Below, one piece after another: positions 1-8,651 of a DNA stretch of 64,000 nucleotides (position 1 is the stretch's first letter; every line of letters starts with the position of its first letter). Made by a program: the position numbers and the translations under genes. The DNA comes from Alphaproteobacteria bacterium (GTDB taxonomy: Bacteria; Pseudomonadota; Alphaproteobacteria; JAPYRI01), in NCBI GenBank assembly GCA_029941135.1, contig JAPYRI010000004.1, forward strand, positions 3,116-67,115, given 5' to 3'. Below the pieces are notes generated by a model. That model ran no database searches. It saw nothing but the letters and a program-made list of their open reading frames with translations, and was not told the DNA's origin.

Positions 1-506
1 TCAAGCAAATCGCGGTTCTGGGTCAGGTATTCGGCTGCCGCCTTGTGCAATGCGAGGCCATACCCAAGGGTGAATTGGCGGGCGGGATTTGCGCCGCAAG
101 TGTCGGCCTTTTTGTTCATTTCGTCCAATTGCTGGTGGTGAAAGCGAATGCGCTCGTCCAGGACTTGCCGAAGTTGGTTTGGGGCCAAAAACTCTGAAAA
201 AATGACATTCACTAAAAACTCTGAACGCAATTTATCGCGCCCCGGCGGGATTGTGATTTCGGCGGCAAAAACCGACCGGCCAGTGGATGTAAGACTGTAT
301 ATTTTTTTGTCGGGCCGTTTTTCCTGGGCCTGTTGCGTGCACTCGACCAGTCCCTCTTCCGTCAGCCGGTTGAGAGCCGGATAGATGGAACCGAAGCTGG
401 CTTCGTAGAAATGGCTGAACATCCCGTCTTCGAACATCTTCTTGATTTCGTAGCCGGTCGCGTCCCCGAGGGTCAGAACGCCCAAACACAGAGTGCGGAT
501 ATCCAT
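1..506 (-). CDS. PadR-family transcriptional regulator (3' end runs off window start)
   Basis: The reverse-strand translation from the ATG (complement of 504-506) reads MDIRTLCLGVLTLGDATGYEIKKMFEDGMFSHFYEASFGSIYPALNRLTEEGLV..., which is the typical PadR winged-helix signature (GYEI, IYPAL.RLE..GL). The ORF is open to position 1 and was not in the ORF track because it has no stop inside the window. Confidence 0.75.
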   Translation of the reverse strand, partial: MDIRTLCLGVLTLGDATGYEIKKMFEDGMFSHFYEASFGSIYPALNRLTEEGLVECTQQAQEKRPDKKIYSLTSTGRSVFAAEITIPPGRDKLRSEFLVNVIFSEFLAPNQLRQVLDERIRFHHQQLDEMNKKADTCGANPARQFTLGYGLALHKAAAEYLTQNRDLL

Positions 507-544
507 GAATTCTCTCCTGGTGTCCAAGCACCAACGAATTAGAT

Positions 545-580
545 CAGTTTGATATATATTCATTTGATATATCAAATTAA
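545..580. promoter_or_regulatory. Candidate PadR operator/promoter: perfect 14-bp palindrome tttgatatatcaaa (563-576) preceded by a direct copy tttgatatata (548-558)
   Basis: The motif is seen directly in the sequence about 40 bp upstream of the padR start codon. PadR proteins commonly autoregulate by binding AT-rich palindromes at their own promoter. Confidence 0.45.
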
Positions 581-957
581 GCCACGACAGCATGCATTAT
601 TGGCATTAACGATCAAATTTCCCCGAAGCGCCATGTTATGTTAAGTTTTTAATGCTGGAATCTGGGTTGATTAATCAGGTTCAGAGGTTCATGAGCGAGG
701 TCCTATGACTGAAGACGACGTGTGAATATTGGTCAACAACCGGGTCATTGCCCGCGGTCAGGTGATGATTTCGGGCGGGCGGCTGGCGGTCGCTGTGACC
801 GAGTCGGTAACCCCCACGGACTGCGCAGTTTAACTCAAATTTATGGTACCCGATTGGGCCGGTTTGCCGCCAGCCCTTCTTCTGATACTTGTGGTTTTCG
901 CAATTGAGCCGTCCCGGCATGATCTGACAGCCGCGACCTGGCAGGGGAGGAAATTGC

Positions 958-1725
958 ATGTCACTGGTTAAAATCGATTTGCCGGCGGATCGGGTCGGCC
1001 GCATCACCATGGATCGACCGGATCAGCTTCATGCGTTGAGCGCCGAGATGCGGGTCGCATTGATTGACGCCATGGAAAATTTGCTCGCCGGCCCGGATGT
1101 CCGCGCCATTGTCATAACCGGCTCGGAAGGCAACTTCTGTGCCGGAGGTGACATCAGTACCATGAAGGATTTGGACGCCGAGGGGGGGCGTGCCCGCATG
1201 TTGGCGGGCCATCGTTTAGTGCGCTTGTTTGCTTATGCCGAGAAGCCGTTGATCGCCGCCGTCGAAGGGTATGCCATGGGCGCCGGTGCCGGCATGGCGC
1301 TGTGGTGCGACACAGTTATTGCGGGAGCAGGCGCGCGGATCGGATTTCCGTTTTTCCGTGTTGGCCTGGTTCCTGACTACGGCATCACGTTTACTCTCCC
1401 CAGGCGGGTCGGTGAAGGCCGCGCGCGGCGCATATTGTTGAACGCCGAGACACTCGGCGCTGAGGCGGCCCTGGACGCGGGACTTTTTGAAGAAATTGTG
1501 CCGAATGATGAGGTCCAGGCGCGGGCGGTAGGTCTTGCGGAGGAGATGGCGCGCCACCCCGTAGCAGCGGTTGCGATGACTAAAAGTCTGCTGAACGGGG
1601 CACCGGGCGAATTGGAGACAGTTTTGGAAAAAGAAGCCATGGCCCAGGGCATTTGTATGTCGACGGATGATCACAAGGAAGGTGCGGCGGCATTCCGGGA
1701 AAAACGTACGCCGAATTTCAGATAG
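958..1725 (+). CDS. Enoyl-CoA hydratase/isomerase (crotonase) family protein
   Basis: The 255-aa ORF has the crotonase-fold motifs ...ITGSEGNFCAGGDISTM... and ...AAVEGYAMGAGAGMAL... Confidence 0.85.
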   Translation: MSLVKIDLPADRVGRITMDRPDQLHALSAEMRVALIDAMENLLAGPDVRAIVITGSEGNFCAGGDISTMKDLDAEGGRARMLAGHRLVRLFAYAEKPLIAAVEGYAMGAGAGMALWCDTVIAGAGARIGFPFFRVGLVPDYGITFTLPRRVGEGRARRILLNAETLGAEAALDAGLFEEIVPNDEVQARAVGLAEEMARHPVAAVAMTKSLLNGAPGELETVLEKEAMAQGICMSTDDHKEGAAAFREKRTPNFR

Positions 1726-1728
1726 TTT

Positions 1729-2440
1729 TTGGAGAGATTTATGAAAATGCAATCGTTGGACCAGACCCGCACGGCGTTGGTCACCGGTGGCGGCCGGGGT
1801 CTGGGGCCGGCGATTTGTATTGGTCTTGCCGAAATGGGCTGCAATGCGGCGGTCAACTTTGTGTCCAACGCTGCCGCTGCGGCGGAAATCGTTGCTGCTT
1901 GCGGGGCCGCTGGCGGACAGGCCGTCGCGATTCAAGCCGATGTTTCAGAGGAGGCCGAAGTTAGTGAGCTGGTTGCGGCTGCGCGGGAGCCCTTCGGGCC
2001 GATTGACATTTAGGTAACAACGCAGGCATAGCGCCCATTCAGCGGATATTCGAAGCCGACCTGGAAACCTAGGACAAGATCATGGCGGTCAACCTCAGGT
2101 CCGCCTTTATGATGACCGAAGCTGCCATCAAAGAAATGGCCGAGCGTAAATGAGGCCGGCTCATATTCATGTCGTCCATTGCAGCGCGCATTGGCGGCGT
2201 GTTCGGGGGAGCTTACGCAACGTCTATAGCCGGCACCGATGGATTGATGCACCATTACGCAAACAATCTGAAGGAGTTCGGCGTGATATCAAACGCCATT
2301 TCGGCAGCCCTCATCGAGACCGATATTTTCGATGGAGTGAAATTGCCGCCGGTTGAAAATATGCCCATGGGCCGTATGGGCCGGCCGGAGGAGATTGGCA
2401 TGGTTGCCCAAATGATGGCCGCTATATGTCTTGAATTCAT
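1729..2440 (+). pseudogene. Short-chain dehydrogenase/reductase (FabG-like SDR) pseudogene
   Basis: The N-terminus ALVTGGGRGLGPAICIGLAEMG is a Rossmann TGxxxGxG motif. The reading frame is then broken at DI* (TAG at 2011), there is a 1-nt loss in the DILVNNAG region, and there are in-frame TAG (about 2071) and TGA (about 2152) codons. Conserved SDR segments continue afterwards (NNAGIAPIQ, IFMSSIAARIG, catalytic region, PMGRMGRPEEIGMVAQMMA). The C-terminus is replaced by an AT-rich segment at about 2440-2500. Confidence 0.7.
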
Positions 2441-2715
2441 TGAAGTTTTTGTGTTCACAAAAAAGAAACAAAAGCTGTCGTACTTTCTGCGAAGCCTCGG
2501 TCGTCCTTTTACGCGCCCGTTATTTAGAAGCTGCGTGTGCGATCGATAGCGGCGGATCGGGTGAAGTGCCCGACCCGGCGGTGATCGCAAGCCTTAGGGA
2601 AAAGCGCGAAGCGTTTGAAGAGGTACGCAAATCTCACGAAGCTCTGTTGTATGCCATTAGCCGCGGCTACGTCGATATCGATGAGTTGACATCGGATAAG
2701 TGACTCGCGCTTTTG

Positions 2716-3135
2716 CTAGTCTACCGTGCGCAAGGCGTTGATTGCTGCTTCGAACGGCAGCAACACACAGGCGTGGCGGCTTTTGTGATCGGCAACCGGC
2801 AAGAAAATGCTGAGCGCTTCCCATTTCCCCTGAGGCACCGGCGCATCCTGCTTCAACATGGCCGATATCTGCGATTGCACATTCTCGAGAGTTGATGCGT
2901 CGGCACCGATCGCTTTATCACATAAAATCGACGCGCTCGCCTGACAGAGCACACAGGCTTTGGCTTCGTGGGCAATGTCAGAAATCGCCCCGTCACTGAG
3001 TTTGATGTCGATGGTCACCCGGTCGCCACATAACGGGTTATCGAGCATGACGGAGCCGTCAGGATCGTCAAGCCGGCCGGCCCGGTGGGCGGCTGCGGCA
3101 TGGTGCAACACGTCTTTCTGATACAAGTTGGTCAT
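2716..3135 (-). CDS. SufU/IscU-like Fe-S/sulfur-transfer scaffold protein (NifU N-terminal-like, SufE-like partner of SufS)
   Basis: The motifs NPLCGDRVTIDIKL...HEAKACVLCQASASIL match the SufU/IscU-type cysteine pattern. The start codon overlaps the sufS stop (ATGA). Confidence 0.65.
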   Translation of the reverse strand: MTNLYQKDVLHHAAAAHRAGRLDDPDGSVMLDNPLCGDRVTIDIKLSDGAISDIAHEAKACVLCQASASILCDKAIGADASTLENVQSQISAMLKQDAPVPQGKWEALSIFLPVADHKSRHACVLLPFEAAINALRTVD

Positions 3136-4412
3136 GGTTTTAGCAGCTTAATGACGTCGTCGAGGCCATTCAAGAAAGCGTCTACATCGCCATCATTGTT
3201 ATAAAGGGCAACGCTCGCCCGCGTGGTGCCAGTCAATCCGAAAAAATCCATCAAGGGTTGCGCGCAATGGTGACCCCCGCGCAAGGCAACCCCATGGCCA
3301 TCCAAGAGCTGGCATATATCGTGGGGGTGCAGTCCTTCAATGGCGAACGATACCACCGGCAGGCGGTTGTCCAACTCGCGCGGACCGATCAGCCGAATGA
3401 GCCCGCGGTTATTGTCGATGTCATCCAATCCGTCTATCAAGCGGCCGGTTAAACGTTGCTCGTGCCGGGCTGCGCCCGTCAAGTCCTGCGCGCAGAGCCA
3501 CGCAAGTGCCGCCCCCAACCCCACCGCTTGGGCGATCGGTGGAGTGCCGGCCTCAAACCGGTGTGGCGGTTCGGCATAAATGGTTTCATCCAGTGTCACC
3601 GTGCGGATCATTTCGCCGCCCCCCATAAACGGGGGCAGGGCGTCCAAGACCTCAGAGCGGCCCCACAGAACGCCGACCCCATTGGGGCCAAATGTCTTGT
3701 GACTGGAAAATCCATAAAAATCCACACCCAAGGCTTGTACATCGATGGGTCCGTGAGGCGCGCGCTGGGCGCCATCCAGCAGCACCTTCGCGCCGACCGC
3801 ACGAGCTGCCGCCACAATCGGTGCAACGTTGGTCATGGCGCCGGATACATTGGAGCCATGGGTCACCGCAATCAGTTTGGTGCGGGGGGTGACGATTGCT
3901 TGGAGCGCTGCAAGGTCAACCGCGCCGTCGGCGCTGGCGGATAGTACTCTTAGGGTAATGCCAATCCGGTCGCGCACCATTTGCCAGGGGACAATGTTGC
4001 TGTGGTGCTCTACTTGGCTAATGACGACCTCGTCGCCCGGTTGCAGAGTGCCGCCAAATGCATGTGCCACCAAATTTATGGCGCCGGTCGTGCCCGAGGT
4101 GAAGACGATTTCGGTGGGGCTGGTGGCATTCAGGAATTGGGCCACTTGCCCGCGCGCCGCCTCAAACGCTTCGGTGGCTTCTTCGGCCAAGTGGTGGATG
4201 CTGCGCATGACGTTGGCCCGGTGCCGGGAGTCATGAACGGCAACAGCATCCAGCACCGCGCGCGGGGTCTGCGCGGTCGCAGCATTGTCTAAATAATGGA
4301 GCGGCTGCCCGTCTATCTCGCGCTCGAATATGGGGAACTGAGCACGTACAGCCTCAACGTTGTAAGCGGACGTGGCGTCTTTGCCTGAGTTGGCTACCTT
4401 CGAATTACTCAT
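3132..4412 (-). CDS. sufS: Cysteine desulfurase, SufS/CsdA-type (class V aminotransferase)
   Basis: The protein has LDNAATAQTP at the N-terminus, the PLP-lysine motif FYGFSSHKTFGPNGVGVLWGR, and a C-terminal segment ...RASVALYNNDGDVDAFL... The ORF is open from 4640, but the likely start is MSNSKVANSG... at 4412, which gives about 426 aa. Confidence 0.85.
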   Translation of the reverse strand: MSNSKVANSGKDATSAYNVEAVRAQFPIFEREIDGQPLHYLDNAATAQTPRAVLDAVAVHDSRHRANVMRSIHHLAEEATEAFEAARGQVAQFLNATSPTEIVFTSGTTGAINLVAHAFGGTLQPGDEVVISQVEHHSNIVPWQMVRDRIGITLRVLSASADGAVDLAALQAIVTPRTKLIAVTHGSNVSGAMTNVAPIVAAARAVGAKVLLDGAQRAPHGPIDVQALGVDFYGFSSHKTFGPNGVGVLWGRSEVLDALPPFMGGGEMIRTVTLDETIYAEPPHRFEAGTPPIAQAVGLGAALAWLCAQDLTGAARHEQRLTGRLIDGLDDIDNNRGLIRLIGPRELDNRLPVVSFAIEGLHPHDICQLLDGHGVALRGGHHCAQPLMDFFGLTGTTRASVALYNNDGDVDAFLNGLDDVIKLLKP

Positions 4413-6030
4413 CGCTTGCCCGGGTTGCCGCCTGGAGCGCCTCGGGCGTATCCAGATCGAGAAAGATGGCATCGTCCTCCATTGGCACCTCACATACGAG
4501 ATCGGCGTTTTCGCCAATAATGTGGCGCGCGCCGACATCACCGGCAACTTGCGCCATTTCAGCAAAGAATTGTGCCGGCCAAAGCACCGGATTGCCACGT
4601 TTGCCGTCCTTGGTGGGCACACAAATGGCTCGGCATTCATCAGGGTCGAAGGCGGCGATCAATTGGCTCATGTGATCGGCGGTGACTCGCGGCATGTCGC
4701 CCAAGCATACCAGCACCCCATCCACATCGCCGGGCAAGGCATTGAGGCCTACGCGCAATGACGTGCTGAGTCCCGCGGCGTAATCGGGATTGTGATAGAT
4801 CATGACGCTTTTGCCATCGAGTGCCGTCGCTACCCGATCCGCTTCATGGCCGGTGACCACCACCACCGGAACTGCGCCGGACGCGATCGCCGCGTCAACC
4901 ACTCGCGCCACCATAGGTGCGCCACCAACACTCGCGAGCAATTTATTGGTTTTGCCCATGCGCCGCGACTGCCCGGCGGCAAGCACCAGTGCGGCAATCT
5001 TTTTAGGCGCGATCGCTTGGGGCTCCAAGGCCTCACGCGGTTGGGGACGACCGGCAATTTCCTTCAAAAGTCCACCCGCACCCATGAGCATGATGTCACG
5101 TCGGGTGACCGGTATTCCCGCGGCGATCCGCTCCAATACCCAGTCAAAGCCGTTCAGTTTGGGGGAGCGGGCACAGCCTGGGACACCAATCACCGGTACC
5201 GCACCATAGTGGGCGAGCAGCAACAAGTTGCCTGGGTCAACCGGCATGCCGAAATGATCGATGGTGCCTCCCGCGCGCTCTATCCCCATGGGCACCACGT
5301 CACGCCGGTCAACTGTAGCCGATGCGCCCAGCACCAAAATGGGCGTGCATCCGGCCTCTACCAAATCGCGAACACTATCGGCAACAGCATCCGGCGTGTG
5401 GGTGCACCGCCGCTGCTCGGCGACCGTGCCTTTGACCCCAGCGATACGCGTCGCCAGGACGCTCTCAGCTTTTTTGAGCACTTTATCGCGGGCGCCGGGC
5501 AGCACTGTCAAAACAACTCCCATGCGGCGGGGCACAAACGGTGCGACCCGTAGCAACGGGCCATCATCGCTTGCGATATGCTCCGCCTCACCAACGGCGG
5601 CCTCCGGCGCCGCCAGAGGAATGATTTTGACCGTGCCGACCATCTGCCCTTCGGTAACGCGGGAATAAGGCTGAAGCGCGGCCACTGTGACGGATTCATG
5701 GAGCAGGTTGAGGCGGTCGATGCGGGCCGGATCGGCGATCAAGATGCCGTCGATTTCAGCGTAAATATTGGCGCGTCCGGTAAACGGCTCGGCAGCGCGC
5801 ACGCCCAACCCCGCGGCAGAGGCAGCAACTTGTTCAGCGGCAACGTCCTCGGGCACGTCGCCCACCTCGAGCTTAGCTGCCAATATCGTTGCATGATTAT
5901 GGGCGTGGAGCTTGACCAAATCCTGTTTGGATAAGATGCGCCCTTTTTTAAACGCCAAGCCCCCGAGCCGCATGCTGTGGGCAAGGATCGCGCCTTCGGC
6001 CTCGGCAAGCGGTAAATGATCGAAAATCAT
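4405..6030 (-). CDS. Fusion protein: MoeA/MoCF-biosynthesis (molybdopterin-binding) domains plus C-terminal MobA/MocA-like molybdenum cofactor nucleotidyltransferase
   Basis: The C-terminal half (KIAALVLAAGQSRRMGKTNKLL...VVVTGHEADRV...VLVCLGDMPRV) matches the MobA/MocA NTP-transferase fold. The N-terminal half (GILIADP...VLTVLPGARD...ILVLGASATVDRRDVVP...PVDPGNLLLLAHYGAVPVIGVPGC) is MoeA/CinA-like. There is a 4-nt overlap with the upstream xdhC. Confidence 0.7.
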   Translation of the reverse strand: MIFDHLPLAEAEGAILAHSMRLGGLAFKKGRILSKQDLVKLHAHNHATILAAKLEVGDVPEDVAAEQVAASAAGLGVRAAEPFTGRANIYAEIDGILIADPARIDRLNLLHESVTVAALQPYSRVTEGQMVGTVKIIPLAAPEAAVGEAEHIASDDGPLLRVAPFVPRRMGVVLTVLPGARDKVLKKAESVLATRIAGVKGTVAEQRRCTHTPDAVADSVRDLVEAGCTPILVLGASATVDRRDVVPMGIERAGGTIDHFGMPVDPGNLLLLAHYGAVPVIGVPGCARSPKLNGFDWVLERIAAGIPVTRRDIMLMGAGGLLKEIAGRPQPREALEPQAIAPKKIAALVLAAGQSRRMGKTNKLLASVGGAPMVARVVDAAIASGAVPVVVVTGHEADRVATALDGKSVMIYHNPDYAAGLSTSLRVGLNALPGDVDGVLVCLGDMPRVTADHMSQLIAAFDPDECRAICVPTKDGKRGNPVLWPAQFFAEMAQVAGDVGARHIIGENADLVCEVPMEDDAIFLDLDTPEALQAATRASDE

Positions 6031-6725
6031 GACAGGCCCGGTCGGCGCAGCCGTTCGGTAACTTGGGCCAATATCGACACCGCGATTTCGGACGGGGACC
6101 GGGCGCCAATGTCCAAACCGATGGGGCCATGGATTTGAGCGATAAAATCGTCAGTAAGCCCACGCTCCTTGAGCCGTTCGACGCGCTTCGCGTGGCTGCG
6201 TTTACTGCCCAAGGCGCCGATGTAGAATGCCTCTGAATGAAGTGCGACGCTGAGCGCCGAGTCGTCCAGCTTGGGGTCATGAGTCAACGATACCACCGCC
6301 GTGCGCCTGTCCAAGCCGAGCTCTTCCAAGGCCTCGTCGGGCCATTCGATGCGCAACTCCATACCAGGAAACCGTTCAGGTGTGGCAAAAGCGCGGCGTG
6401 GGTCCACAACAATGACCTGATACCCCGCCACCTCGGCCATCACGGACAGGGGCTGCGAAATATGGACCGCCCCCACAATGATCATACGCAGGGGGGGATT
6501 GAAGACGTTCAAGAATACCTCGCCGTCAGGGGTTTCGACCGTCCGGCCTTTATCCACGTGCGCTGCTTCGCACGCCGCTTTAATTAGAATTTTATTGACC
6601 GTTTTAGTATTATTATCAAATGGATAAATCAGTATTTGCTCATTCGACTTTAAGTTTGTCGCGAGCACGACAGAGCGCTTTTGGGCACGGTCATCAAGGA
6701 GGCGGTAGAGGGTTTCGGACCGCAT
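6027..6725 (-). CDS. XdhC/CoxI family Moco-insertion chaperone, Rossmann-like C-terminal domain ORF
   Basis: The segment ...NPPLRMIIVGAVHISQPLSVMAEVAGYQVIVVDPRRAF... is typical of XdhC_C. Confidence 0.75.
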   Translation of the reverse strand: MRSETLYRLLDDRAQKRSVVLATNLKSNEQILIYPFDNNTKTVNKILIKAACEAAHVDKGRTVETPDGEVFLNVFNPPLRMIIVGAVHISQPLSVMAEVAGYQVIVVDPRRAFATPERFPGMELRIEWPDEALEELGLDRRTAVVSLTHDPKLDDSALSVALHSEAFYIGALGSKRSHAKRVERLKERGLTDDFIAQIHGPIGLDIGARSPSEIAVSILAQVTERLRRPGLS

Positions 6726-6733
6726 GATTGGGA

Positions 6734-7123
6734 TTACCCGATCCGTTCGACCAGGATGCGCACTTCGCCGCCGCAGGTGAGACCCGCCTCCCAGGCGTTA
6801 TCGTCCGACACGCCGAAATCGAGCAGCTTGTGTTCACCGGATTGAATGACGTCTAGCGCTTCCGCAACCACCGCCCCTTCGATGCAACCGCCGCTGACCG
6901 AGCCGGTAAATTGACCACCCTCATCAATGGCGAGCAGACTGCCGACCGGACGCGGGGACGAGCCCCAAGTGGCGACGACGGTCGCGAGCGCAACGCCCTT
7001 GTTATCAGCTTTCCACTGGGCGGCTTGTTCAAGGACTGCATCGTGGCTCGGGTAGGGGTCGCCGGTTGGGTTCATGGGTACCTCGTAAGCGATTTCAGCC
7101 GCCACCTTTGAGGGCCGCTTCAA
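6734..7123 (-). CDS. XdhC/CoxI family protein, N-terminal domain ORF (the two ORFs form a split XdhC)
   Basis: The segment ...VALATVVATWGSSPRPVGSLLAIDEGGQFTGSVSGGCIEGAVVAEALDVIQSGE... is the XdhC_CoxI N-domain. The annotated start overlaps the upstream FAD-subunit gene by 29 nt, so the true start may be the internal M at 7075. Confidence 0.7.
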   Translation of the reverse strand: MKRPSKVAAEIAYEVPMNPTGDPYPSHDAVLEQAAQWKADNKGVALATVVATWGSSPRPVGSLLAIDEGGQFTGSVSGGCIEGAVVAEALDVIQSGEHKLLDFGVSDDNAWEAGLTCGGEVRILVERIG

Positions 7124-7901
7124 CTGCCCGGGTGGCCATTATTTTGACCAGATTTGCCCGATACTCAGGCCCAGCATAAAGATCGGTATTCATGCCGTCG
7201 GGGGAAATCGTCATGTCGGCGAGTGCGGACGGCGAAAAATCACGGGTCAGTGCCTCTTCCATTTGGGCCTCGCGGTAAACACACGGGCCTGCGCCAGTGA
7301 CCGCCGCTCGCACATCGGTGCCGAATTTCGCAATAAAAACACCAACTACCGCATAGCGCGACGCCGGGTGGTCGAATTTCATATAGGCCGCCAGCTCCGG
7401 CACCGGAAAATCAACCGAGGTCACAATTTCGTCCCCGGCCAAAGCTGTCTCGAAGAGGGCGGTGAAGAAATCATCGGCCGCAATCTGCCGTTTGGAGGTG
7501 TGGACAGTGGCTCCCAACCCGATCAGAGCGGCCGGGTAATCCGCTGCCGGGTCGTTGTTGGCGATGGAGCCGCCCAAGGTTCCTCGATTGCGCACGTGCA
7601 TGTCGCCGATATTCCCGGCCAAGCCAGCAAGGGCGGGGAGGGCGGCCTGCACCTCGGGTGATGAGGCGACCGACGCGTGTGTCAACATAGCGCCCACGGA
7701 TACCTGGGCTTTTTTAACGTCAATCATTACGAGGCCCGGCACTTCGGCCAGATCAATCACATCTGAAGGCGCCGCCAATCTTTGTTTGAGGGTCGGAATC
7801 ATGGTTTGACCGCCCGCCATAAGTAAGGGATCCTCCGCTGTGCGCAAGAAATTGGCAGCGTCTTCCAAGGATTGGGGCCGGTGATAGGCGAAATCATGCA
7901 T
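7095..7901 (-). CDS. Molybdenum hydroxylase FAD-binding (medium, CoxM/XdhB-like) subunit, copy 1
   Basis: The N-terminus MHDFAYHRPQSLEDAANFL...AGGQTMIPTLKQRL and the internal ...GTLGGSIANNDPAADYPAALIGLGA... match the CO-dehydrogenase flavoprotein family. Confidence 0.85.
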   Translation of the reverse strand: MHDFAYHRPQSLEDAANFLRTAEDPLLMAGGQTMIPTLKQRLAAPSDVIDLAEVPGLVMIDVKKAQVSVGAMLTHASVASSPEVQAALPALAGLAGNIGDMHVRNRGTLGGSIANNDPAADYPAALIGLGATVHTSKRQIAADDFFTALFETALAGDEIVTSVDFPVPELAAYMKFDHPASRYAVVGVFIAKFGTDVRAAVTGAGPCVYREAQMEEALTRDFSPSALADMTISPDGMNTDLYAGPEYRANLVKIMATRAVEAALKGGG

Positions 7902-7910
7902 GGCGCGGCC

Positions 7911-8387
7911 CTACCCGCCTGCTTCGTTCATGGCATGCGCGCCGGCGACAATCGACTTCACAATATTGTGGTAGCCGGTACAGCGGCAAAAATTGCCTGA
8001 AAGCTCACGGCGCACCGTGGCGTCGTCCACATCCGGGAAGCGGCGGGCGATATCAAGCCCGGCCATAACCATGCCCGACGTGCAAAACCCGCACTGGAGA
8101 CCATGGTTTTCGCGGAAAGCCGCCTGCATGGGATGAAGGGTGTCGCCGTCCGCGACCCCCTCAATCGTCAGCACGTCGGCATCTGCCGCTTGCACGGCGA
8201 GTATGGTGCAGGATTTGACCGGTATGCCGTCCATATGAACCACACACGCCCCGCATTGGCTGGTGTCACAGCCCACGTGGGTGCCCGTCAGGCGGAGTTG
8301 TTCGCGCAGCAACTGCACGAGTAATGTCCGGTTTTCAACCTCGACCGAAACCTCGGCGCCATTAACAGTCATTGAAACAGTAGGCAT
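7911..8387 (-). CDS. Molybdenum hydroxylase (2Fe-2S)-binding small subunit, copy 1
   Basis: The plant-type and second [2Fe-2S] motifs are present: [16 protein letters not shown]...[10 protein letters not shown]...CRCTGY. Confidence 0.9.
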   Translation of the reverse strand: MPTVSMTVNGAEVSVEVENRTLLVQLLREQLRLTGTHVGCDTSQCGACVVHMDGIPVKSCTILAVQAADADVLTIEGVADGDTLHPMQAAFRENHGLQCGFCTSGMVMAGLDIARRFPDVDDATVRRELSGNFCRCTGYHNIVKSIVAGAHAMNEAGG

Positions 8388-8395
8388 GATACTTG

Positions 8396-8647
8396 TTAGC
8401 CTCCCCGAATGGCGGGTAGGAAATACACCTCGCTGGTAGGACCAATGTCCTCAAGCCAGGCATCTTGATGCAAATTTCCGTCGATTGCCACGGCCATACT
8501 GCCGTCTTGCAGCACCTCAGCGATGCCGGGAAATTTCTGATCGAGTTTGCGAATGAGATCGCGAACGTCGGTCACATCCATGTCGAGCGTCGTCTCACCA
8601 CCGGTAAACTGACGGCCCAGATCATTGGTGAGAACAATCTGGGCCAT
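8396..8647 (-). CDS. MoaD/ThiS-family ubiquitin-like protein (C-terminal GG)
   Basis: The 83-aa protein ends ...[11 protein letters not shown], the size and C-terminal Gly-Gly of sulfur-carrier and related MoaD-like proteins. It sits between the large subunit gene and the second S/M pair. Confidence 0.6.
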   Translation of the reverse strand: MAQIVLTNDLGRQFTGGETTLDMDVTDVRDLIRKLDQKFPGIAEVLQDGSMAVAIDGNLHQDAWLEDIGPTSEVYFLPAIRGG

Positions 8648-8651
8648 TAGT

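Noticed and set aside
1216-1935. Long minus-strand ORFs (239 aa and others) overlapping the enoyl-CoA hydratase and SDR region
   Set aside because: They are antisense shadow ORFs typical of GC-rich DNA. They are Arg/Pro/Gly-rich low-complexity translations, and the opposite strand carries well-supported genes.
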